Positions 53,701-64,000 of a DNA stretch of 64,000 nt are shown here, piece by piece. The position numbers were made by a program, and so were the translations under genes. Origin of the DNA: Glaucostegus cemiculus (taxonomy: Eukaryota). A model generated the notes under the pieces. The model ran no database searches. It saw only the letters and a program-made list of their open reading frames with translations, and had not been told where the DNA came from. Location: positions 9,548,001-9,612,000 of the forward strand of contig CDPCPM010000050.1 of the NCBI GenBank assembly GCA_976551045.1, given 5' to 3'. Each line of letters starts with the position of its first letter. Position 1 is the stretch's first letter.

Positions 53701-56659
53701 AAACGTGCTGTGTACACCTTTCCAGTTTTACTGTTTGCTCTTGTACTTGGTGAGGAAAAGCAGTGATCTTGTTACTGGAGTTGATCTTGCAAGATTCCTT
53801 TGATATTGGCAGGGAATCCTGAGAGCAACACTGAGCATCCTGTTTGTGCTGACAGCACATTGGTTATGTTCTGCAGGGACTGTAAAAGTGGCTGTACAAT
53901 GTCACAGCTGTCAGACCAGTCTTTTGGAGGGAGTATTTCTTCTGCGGTCATCTTACTGGTGTTGGCTCTTTTATCTAAAACTTTCCTATCCTTGGAGCTT
54001 GGTAACCAGGCATCAGCTGCTGAAAGGCAAATGAGTGTCACTGTCAAAAGTACAGCTGAGACGCCCTATAAGCTATATCAACCCCAGCAGCTGTTGATCA
54101 GCCTGCTGATAAATAACTCTATCCTTGTGCAATGATGAAAATTAAATTTGCCACTGCATGATTTCTCCATCATGCTCCCATGCATGACTTGCATACCAGA
54201 GAGAGATACACATCACTGTTTGGGAACTTAAACCTCCCTATATAGTCCCTTTTTCCTGCTGTGCTGACTGACCTGTTGGCCTCTGGATAAACAGCATCCT
54301 GGTTTTAATGCTTGTATTTTAATTACTGTTATATCTTGATCTGCAGCTCTGTAAAATGTTTTCTCTGTTGTGGCCTTGTGTGCAGCGTTGATATTTAATT
54401 GCTGCTTCATTGACAACAATACCTTCACCTAGTATTGTACCAGTGCTAATGTTTCATTCCTCGATTTTTAAACACAATTCAGTACTTATGTAAACAGTGA
54501 AGAGATTTAATTTCTCCTGAGTAGAGAGTACACTTTTGCTTATTTGCAGGGATCTCTGAATCTGTGTTTGCACGATACTGTTGCTATCCTAAAACATGTT
54601 GGCTCACCACTTTCAGCTTGAATAGCAACATGCAATGGTGCTGATGCATGTTGAATACAAGCTGATTCAAAAAAAATGTTCTTCCTTTCTGCTTGCAACA
54701 GAAGGGTTATGTACATACAAACATGGTATTTCAGCAAAATTCTGTAATGCAATTATTTCTACAAAAAACGTGATTGTCTTATATTTGGGCATTTTTTTTA
54801 CTGTTCAGCACAGTTAGTGTAGGCAAGAAGCTTTTTTGAATACGAGTGATAACTGCATCTGTGAATTTTTAATGCTGAAGAATTATAGATTTTTAAACAG
54901 TTTTAATGTGGAAATTTCCGACTTCTGTTGTTGGTATCTTTAGTGTATCGGCTTTTTTTTCCAAAGGTTAAAACAGCATTGTTTGGATGTACATTGTCAA
55001 TCTGTGCTGGCACTCTGTACAATTTCTTTGTTCGTTTCAAGCTGAGAATGTTTTGTTATGGATGGAACCCATTGTCAGGCTTTGGTGACCCGACTTTAGT
55101 GATTGGTCTTGTATATGGAGCTGAAGATTGTGATTTGCCACATGCTTTAAGCATCTCTGTTTGGCCAGAGTATATAAAGTGTGGCAGTGAATATTCTGTC
55201 AAATATTTGGTCACATTGGGACACTTTGTCCATTGATTGGTATTGTTGACAGTCTTGGCTTGAGAATTTCAATCAATTACATCCACTAATCACTGAAACT
55301 GTGCCCTGGGCAGCTTTTGGGAAATTAACTTAAGGATTCTGGTTAGTTCTGAAGATTAGCTTAACTCCACAGGAAATTTGTTAGAGGTGAAATGAGAATA
55401 GTGGGGGCAATGGTATGGCTTTGCTTGATACTGGTCCTTACTGAGCTTGAGTTTTGTGGGAAGACAAAACCAAAGTAGAAGCAAACTATCCTCCCATCAA
55501 GATTGATCCTTGATTAAGAAAGCTGGCATGGCTTTTTTCGGTAGTTGATTCTTCAACAATCATGCAGAAGCTGGTGTATTTCTGAAAGAAGGAAAATTTT
55601 AAGGATTGCAAGTTTTTCAGTACTTTAGCAAACTAGATCTTCCCCTCTAGCTAAGATTAGATATTTGAGAGATCCTCAAGCAGCTTTCTCCTCCCTGTCC
55701 CCAACCGTAGGTTAGGCTCATCCTGCTCTTGAATCCCAATTTCTTGCCACTTCTAATTCTGAGAATGCTTATTTTGATGATGGTGTATGCATCGCCTAAT
55801 GTTTTAAACTTATTGCAATTTTTACTTTGGAGGAATGGCACTTATGTTCCTAATTTTACCTTGCAATAGAAGAGTACTTCTGTAATAATATCAAAAGTTT
55901 TTATTCAATGTATGTTTGACTTTTGTTTTAGAATAAATTTCAAATGGAAGCCACTCAAAAGATAATTAAACAGGGAGGGAAAAAAAGAGGAAGAATAGAG
56001 AGATGTTGGTAACCTGATCAAAATTCCTCTTTTTAATTAGCTGTTCACTTTGATGTTTTTATGGGATCTTATGCATGAGATATGATCCACACATAGTTAT
56101 AATAATCAGTATTTCAGAATAATACACTATTGGTATATGGCTCCTGAAAGACCACTGAGAAATGAAATTCTTGTTGGCAGCCACTGTGCATTCCTAGTTT
56201 AATTATAGTGATACAGACCTTTTGTTTCAGAATTATGGTATTATGAAAGTAGTACAATTGTTCTGAAATGGTTTGCAACTTCAGCCAGATGCACAGTTCA
56301 ATTATGATGTAATATAAATATAGTGAGCAAAACTTAATTAAATGGTAGATTTTAATTTCTGGCTTTTTTCTAGTTTCCTCTCGCAGGTTGTATTTTTATG
56401 TAGGAAAAGGTCAGCCAAATTGCAGCTAAGAACAGTTGTAATATATAGTTAATCAACTGCTTACATTTTTAGGGCCTGGTCCCAGTGGTAACTGGTGCTT
56501 GGTGATCTGCAGTTTCTATCTTTTTTAGATTGGTAGTGTTGTTTTGTTGCATTGCCCTGCTAGCAGAAGGTTTGAAGATTTGCATTTGTGATAATTGAGG
56601 CCTGCTGATAAATAACATTTGGAGTTTTGCAGTGAATTATTTTAATAGGTTAAATCTGT

Positions 56660-56940
56660 GGTTTGCCCAACCCTAATTGCCGTTGAAGTCAGTGGCTTGT
56701 GGGGATGTTTTCAAAGGTGCTTGAGAAGCAATCGCATTGTTATGGGACAGATTGAAGTTAAGTATAGATCAGACCATGCGAGCAGTAGATTTCCTTCCTT
56801 TAGGGGACATTAGTGAACCAAATACACTTTTATGATGAAGTGGCAGTTTTGTTGTCACCTATTAAGTTTGATAATTAGCTAATTCTAGTATTATTATAAT
56901 GAAAGTTGCATTTATGCAACTGCCACATTGAAATTATCTG
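56660..56940 (-). mobile_element. Chondrichthyan-type tRNA-derived SINE, decayed
   Basis: TTGCCCAACCCTAATTGCC...AGATTTCCTTCCTTTAGGGGACATTAGTGAACCA signature. Confidence 0.6.
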
Positions 56941-59900
56941 AAGAATTTGACTAATTATTGGCTTCATTGCTGAAACATGTTGCCACAATGCTGCAGTAGT
57001 TCAATCCGGCACTATTTTGAGGGCCAATGTAGTTGTGCCCAATCTGAGAGTTGTTTTATTTCAAGGTTCATTTCAATTGCAGATGCTTCTGTTTACAAGC
57101 ATATGCATTTTCCAGAATATAAAATTGGATGTAAATAAATGAAATCTTTGAACTTTTTTCCACCCTCCTGAAGGACCAAGGGATATTGAGACTTCTTGTG
57201 GTGATATCAGTAATATCTCAGCACATTTTATCTACAGGCAGTTCTGTCAAAAATCAGTTTTCTCAAAGCCAAATATTTATCAAATTAAGTTGAATTATTG
57301 TGAATAAATGGTGGTGAGGGTTGGGAGTGTGTGAGGGAGGGGTGGTGGAAGGGTTAGAATTGAAGTTTGAACCATTTTCATGAAGTGCTAAGCTTAAAAT
57401 GTTTTTTATATATCATCCTAGTATTTAGTGAGAAAAATGCTGATTTCATTCTGGAACCATATTGTCAGTGAAAATAGTTTAAAAACTATTTGGGCAATTT
57501 CTATTGAACAACAATTTTGAGGAATGAGAATTTGCGTACCATGCTTTGGCCATCTCAACACTGGATTGTTTTTCACTGCATTGTTCAGCATGTCTATTGA
57601 ATACGCAGCTTCAGTATGAAAGCACACAATAAAATCATCAGCTACTCCGAGGAGACAGCTGAGGGAAGAATATTCACCTGGAGAGCTTTGATATCCTTTG
57701 GTAGTGGCTCATATTTTTGTTCCATTTGAAGTTGCACTTAGTAATGGACTTCATTTAGATTGTGTTCATTTTGTGAAATGATGTTCTACAGCTTTCTGAT
57801 TTGGTTCTCCTAAGGCAAACCATTAAACGTCCTTACTGAACTTTAAAGGCTGTTAAACTAGTAGCAGCTGATTGCACAAATAACAGCCTTAAAACTTGGA
57901 ATTTATTTGTTTTATTAATAGGTTACACTTTTTCACTAGTTACTTTTGAGAAAAGTAATTAATTCACTATTTTGTATTTATGGACACTAATTTGTACTGC
58001 ACAAGTGGCGAAATTATTTTCTCCACAGTATCAAGCTCATCCATGATTTTATGGACCCATACATAGTCAGCCCTTGGCTGGAGAACAGAGCACTAACCTG
58101 TTCAAACTTTCCTGATAGTTACAACTCAGGACAGTTACTGGTCCTCAGCTAATGTCTATATGCTTCAATTAACACGGAGACCAGAAATCTCTATGGTCTA
58201 ACCTGGTTCCTACATTAGCTTAACTTATTTCTGTTCAATATTTCTTTACCCCTTATTCATGTTCCCTTCTGTGCAGCATTTAGGTTTTTAGTTTACAAAG
58301 AAAATGTGGCTTCCATATTCCTTCTACCAAATGCAGCTTCATAAACATTTGTAGAAAATTGCATTACTATAATGTTGTCAGCATATTTGTGATATGAAAT
58401 GTTTTTGCTCAGTTACAGAATAACAGTTGCAAGGTGATATTTTTGAACCTTGATTGTCATTGTTTGAGAGACAATAAAAATTTAAATGTGCGTGCATTTC
58501 TGGTTGTTTGACTTGCCACACCAGTCTGAGTGCTTATTCTTGGATCACAGATCTGGAAATTAACTAAGCAACATAAGATTAATTTTTGCATTTGCTAACT
58601 TTATGGTGCAGTCTTAATACTTTTGAATAGATAATTAAGGCATCGTCTAAAGATTTTAGGTCCCTAATAAATAATCCAAACATGTGCATCATCCAGTCTG
58701 AGGATTGCCAAAATAAATGCTGTTATTCTCTAATCACAGAAACTACTGATACTTTGGAAAAATAACTGCATATTTTCCATTCTTGGTGTTCCTTGTTAAG
58801 TGAACTTTGACTGGGGTGGGGGGTGATGTTCCATTTCAGTTTGGAATGAGGCAGTGAAGGAACTTTTACATCATAATAGAAAAATAATTTCAAATTAAGT
58901 CTGACTGTACATAATTACCTACCATTCAAGATATTTGATAACCAAAGCAAAATTTATAAAAACCTGAACATTGTTACAATTGAATGTTAAACATTTTTAT
59001 TATACTTTGCAGCTATTGTGCTGTGTCATTTGAGTTGTATTGCATACGTTTTGCATTTTTTTAATTTGTGATGTACCTTTAACCAATAAGGTTGATTTTA
59101 TGTCACATACTAAGGGAAATTTAATTGTTTTTAAATAGACATTCCAGTACATAACAATTGGTAAGATTTGTATTGATATTTGGGCAATGCATGCTCATGT
59201 TTCTGGATGATTAATATTTAGTGCCCTTTTCTGGTGGTGGTCAGAATGATCATCTTGAATGCCTAGATCTGTAAAATGCCTAGTTTATTAATTTAGAGTA
59301 GATTTTTTGTTTTGTAGTTGTGCATCTGTTGTTCAATTACATTTATTTATTTACATGCCTGAGTGAACATTTTTTTAAATCTTGTATTAGTTGGCATGGC
59401 TTCTTTTTGTCATTGATTTTTGAACAATTATGCAGAAGCTAGTGTATTTCTGAGCTCCTTCACATAAAACAAGCTGAGTGTTTTTAAAATCAGATTTTAA
59501 TATAATTGAGCTGGGAGTATTCAGAGTAGAAAGAGGTATTTAATTCTATTTTTGTACTGCAAAATTACTTCATGGCAAATCTATAGTATTGCCTTAGGTT
59601 CTGCAGCACTTGCTCTAACATGGCCAGGCATGGCCCTAACATGTTTATATTGGTAGCTTGCACAGCAGGCAAAATATTAGAAAATTAGTTCTGAAGTTAG
59701 TTTGCTAATTTATTTTTGTTTTTTTGCATATTCCAAGATTTAGTGCAAACCAGCTTGAAACATGGATGCTCTTTGTATTTAGTTGAAATACTTAAATGGC
59801 CAGAAAAATGTTAATATCAAAGTTGACAAGAGCTGCTCCTACCAGATGCACCTCCAAGAAATCAATTCTATTTATTGTCCTCTGTCACCTTTTGATGTTG

Positions 59901-61344
59901 CCTTGACATCTTTGCTGTTCTACAGTGAATATAGGTTTGGTCCAGACAGACTCGCTATTAATTTTTGAGCAAGTCATATTGTGAGAATCTTTGGTACATT
60001 GAATTAGTGCTATTTTTGAAAACCTTTTTGGGAAGCCACCTTGAATTACTGAGAACAAATTTCTATCAATTGATACAATTCTAACAGCTGTAGGAAAGCA
60101 GTATTTTAATAGGTGTAACAATGGTATCTTTAGCATGAATTTGTGTTTAAAATGTAAGGAAAGCATTGTTTCAAGAGGATACTTTACAAAGAACTTTCTT
60201 TGGACTAAATTAGAACATTTTCAGCAGCAAATTTAGAATGTGGTTTCGGTGCTTGGTTAGCCATGACAAGGGCTGAAATTTGACACCTGTGTTTGAGATT
60301 AGTCTGATTCTAACAAGTGGGGTTTTCAGTCTGATGCTTTCAGAGTTTTGTTCGTTGAACTGTTTTTATAAAAAAGCTGTCCTTTGGTAGAAATTTAAGA
60401 TGTTTATTATCAGCTAAAACAGTATCTAATTTTTTTTTAAATAAACAGTATATTACAGTTGTGAAGTTCAGGTTGTTTCTTGCCAGACTGAATTCTCTTG
60501 TGTATATAGTTAAACTGAGATCAATGTTTATAATGAGAACAAATATAATAAAATTACATCTGTCTGATTTTAAACAAAAATTCAATGTTTAGTATTAAAT
60601 CACCTTTTTACAATTAACCTGAAAATGATAATTAAGCCAAATACCATGACATTTTTGTATTTTGTTCTTGGCAGACCATGAGGCAGTATTTCAACTAGCT
60701 TTTTAGGTTTTGTACACTTAGGTTAAAAGTAATATTCTCTTTGATGTAGGGAGATGTAAGTTAGCTTATCCATAAGTCTGTGGGGTGGGGGGGGTGGAAG
60801 TATTTGACAATAAAATATCATTGCTACTGCTTTGTGGAGTAAATCCAACTGCCAGCCTGTTTTTGGACCAGGATTGAAGTACGTTGCTATGGCATGTGAA
60901 AAGCAGATTTTGCATTTTTGGTTTGAGAATACGTTCAACTAAATGTTTGGTATTTGTGTATTGAGTAAACACTATTTCTGTGGTGTTCCGTGTAGGCTCC
61001 ACACACCCATCACTGAAGATGTGGAATTCAATGGCTGACACTTTGCTAGTCTCAGGATAGCTAAGCGACAGTGCAAGGTTGCGCAGGTTATTGAACACGA
61101 CACTGGAGGCCCATGTAGAGAGAGGTTCTGTCCTCGAATTACTGAAGGAATACAACTGGCCCTCATTTCACTTTTGCCACAACTGTTGTGGCTTTGGCTA
61201 GCCTTGCATTTACTTCTATACATTTGCTTTATGGGGAGCACTATAAGAATGCTTTATGTGCTTTCTTCTGGTCTGTCAAGCTGTATAAATACTAGGGTAG
61301 TTTCACAGCATTCATTTTTGATTTTGGCAAAAACCTTGATTTCC

Positions 61345-61520
61345 AGAGAAAATTCTGAATGTTGAAAGAAGAACAAAATCTTTGAAAGACTTGGCAGATC
61401 TGATTGCATCTGTGGAGAGAAACTAAGTCAAGAATCTTTCTTGATTAAATGCTTTTCCCCCCAGCATTTTCTGTTTTTTATCAGGTTTCCAGCAGCTGCA
61501 GGTTTTTTTGATTTCCAGTT
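61345..61520. mobile_element. Decayed Penelope pLTR-derived fold-back remnant
   Basis: GCATCTGTGGAGAGAAAC followed by CCAGCATTTTCTGTTTTT...TTCCAGCAGCTGCAG; same two-part layout as 9186-9392. Confidence 0.6.
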
Positions 61521-63369
61521 GATAGTGTTGAAGTCTTGATGAAGTCCCCTTCAAACTTTCAGCAAGAACATGAAAAAGAAAATGCACCTTTTAATCAGCA
61601 TACATCCTCTCTCAAAATTTGTTTACTCACAGTCAGCTGATCAGAGGGCATCATTGCAAGTGCCATCCACTAGAATGCTGTGTAATATCATTCCTAAACA
61701 TGTTCGGGAATGTTAAATATCAGTCAGTCCTTTAATGAGCTTCTGGGAAGCTGTTCCTAGTGCATACTTCAACTTGTTGGGCTAAGTGCAGGCTGAAGTG
61801 GTATTTTAATCCAGGGGCACTACCTTGGTCATTTAGGGGACTATTTAACATTTGAAGGAATTACTGATCCTAGTTTTAATGTTTGGGTTGGAAAGGGGAC
61901 AAGGCATCTGCTTTAACTTGTGCAGGAAGTTATCTGGCATTGGAGACTTTTTTTCTTCCAGTCAAAAAAACAAAATCCAAGTGATAACTGTATGAGCAAG
62001 GTGGGCATGTGAGCACTACTGTCTTATTGTCTAGAATTGTACTATAATGGAAATATTAGTTTTCTTTATGGTTATATGTTTAAACTGCTAGAAATGTCAT
62101 GACTTCAGGCTTAATAGACTGTTGCAATTTTAATTGCCTGCCACTGGAAGTATTGGTTTGAAAATCCAAATCTCAGCTGTATTACACGATCTTCAGTTTA
62201 GACTGATACTATTGTATTATTATCACTGTCCTGGCTGACATAAATTGGCTCTTGAATCTCTCAGGATTCTCATCCTGATATTAAAATTTATGGCATCAGT
62301 GTTGCATTGTGTTGTTATTATTGAAACTACTGGCAAGAGATCTTAATGTTATTTTAAAAGTCCCCCATGCCAAGTCTGATAAAGCTTTTCAATAACCAGT
62401 CTGCTTCACCTGGTGGAGCAAAGGTCCTTCAGTTGAGAAGTGTGCTGGAAGACATACAGGAGTTTGTGTTTAGATATTTGCTCTTTGTTAATGAAGGAGT
62501 TAAACATGCCTTGTACTGTAGTAAATGATCAAGAACTTAATAGCTTTTTATAGCAAATATCAACATCACAAGTAGATTTCATACTCTGCTATAGATTTTC
62601 AAATATAACTGCAGTGTAGGAAAATAAATGACAGATTTGTTCAGTCATTAACAAACTGAATGTTCTGGAGTAAATATGTACCAGGTTTAGTATGTAATTA
62701 ATAATGTTACTTGTGATCAGCGATGTGAAAAATTGTCTTATTATCCTTCCATGGGCTAAAATTATTTATGGAAAGTTTTAAATGCCTTCCAACTGAGCCT
62801 ACAATGACTTTTTTTTAAACTTTCCCTGTCCATTTATTTTTAAAACACAGCAAGATTTAGTTTCCATTCATGCTGCACTTTCATTTTCGTTTCTCTGTTC
62901 ATCTTTCTGTATGCACACTGCTTTCCTTTCCTCCTGATCTTGCTCCTCTGGCTTTCAGCTTCACATCTGTTATTTTGTTTTTGCTACCTTGATGCTCTTC
63001 GTGTCTTCCAAATCAAAGTCATTGAATGTCTAAACTAAAACATTTCAGCCATGTTAAAGAAGCCTTTAAACTAAGAGCAGGTTAAGTACCCTTCTCTGCT
63101 GCTGTACCTGAAGGGTAACCTGATTTCCTTCAACTCCATGACTGTATGTGTACGTGGACTTGCCATGACTTTCCAGTCCTCACACTAAGACTGCTTTTCA
63201 CCCTGAGCCTAATCATGGGAAAAGTTGAAGTTTTGTCAGCATTTTATTAGCCCCCTTCTGACCGCTGACACAGGATGAACCAGCTTGTGGGCAATGTAAG
63301 GGCTGATTTAAACCTCCCACATCTCCCACCAACATTGCTTGACAACTTTTCCTGATGTTGCATGCTGAT

Positions 63370-63900
63370 ATCACTCATGCTTTTATCATTTGCAGATTTA
63401 ACTATTTCATTGAATTCCTAGACGGTTTGCTGGCCTTTACTCTTTGTAAAATGAGGTTAATCCAGACGTTTATTGCTGTGAAATCTGTCTTGCACCATGC
63501 ACGTCTCACTCATGTGATATCCCTGTTCTGGCTTATGTAACTGACTTCTTAACGCTCTGAATTCTCATTCTTGTATTAAAATTCCTTCATGGAATCATTC
63601 ACCTCTTCAGTTATCTCCTCCAGCTTTAGAATATGTTCCACCGTGCCCCCCCCCCCCCCCCAATGTTCTACCTTGAAACTAACCTTTGCATTTGCCTTAA
63701 CATTGACAGCAATATCTGCAGCTGACTAGCGCACAATTTCTTGCTAAAAGGTGCCAATCATCGTATGCCATTTTTTCTTTAAGAATGCCAGCCTTAAAAC
63801 TTTTTTTGCCCAATCTATTGGTAATCCCTCTGGGTTATTTTGAGTTCTTTATTTTGATTTAACTATGTGCTGTTTTACAGACACTATGCAAGTGCAAATA
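63370..63900 (+). mobile_element. L2-type LINE 3' remnant
   Basis: THAFIICRFNYFIEFLDGLLAFTLCKMRLIQ (cf. IHAFVTSRLDYSNALLAGLPxxTLxKLQLIQ), then a decayed L2-like 3' UTR. Confidence 0.75.
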
Positions 63901-64000
63901 CTCTTGAAGCAATATCAATACAGGCATGCCTTTTCCAGTGGAGGATTTCTTTATTTTGCCTGATACTCCAGTTAATCAGAAGGACCAACTGCAATCCCAC

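Larger units (their letters stand above)
29746..64000 (+). other. MED13L: MED13L intron 2 (partial, >34 kb, continues beyond window)
   Basis: Donor at 29746; no sequence encoding the expected exon 3 peptide (approx. [28 protein letters not shown]) seen by eye downstream; T/G-rich + strand fits a transcribed intron. Confidence 0.85.

Noticed and set aside
53772-54135. Overlapping ORFs (91 and 111 aa) as MED13L exon 3 or a nested gene
   Set aside because: No similarity to MED13L or any family I recognise; possibly a decayed DNA-transposon accessory ORF, but unsupported.

Overview
AT-rich, CpG-depleted vertebrate genomic DNA. The repeat content (CR1, L2, Rex1/Babar, Penelope-like elements, HE1/V-SINE and Deu-type SINEs) points to a cartilaginous fish; this is inference. 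The only host gene I can support is the 5' end of MED13L (Mediator kinase-module subunit) on the + strand: CpG-island promoter at ~27.5-28.4 kb, coding exon 1 (28376-28444), exon 2 (29508-29745), then a long intron 2 running off the window; exon 3 was not found. The upstream ~27 kb is intergenic, with decayed transposons and a 132-N assembly gap. The supplied ORFs are transposon debris, low-complexity sequence or chance. I found no convincing new multi-gene system. The best leads are: an out-of-frame uORF whose stop overlaps the MED13L start (ATGA); a TSD-flanked Penelope-derived fold-back element with a decayed hammerhead-like core; an unexplained ungapped 62-bp duplicated motif in intron 2; a long-TIR hAT-like MITE; a 5'-inverted Penelope copy; a pre-miRNA-like hairpin; and several candidate conserved enhancers. 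Repeat family names and repeat boundaries come from by-eye motif recognition and are approximate.
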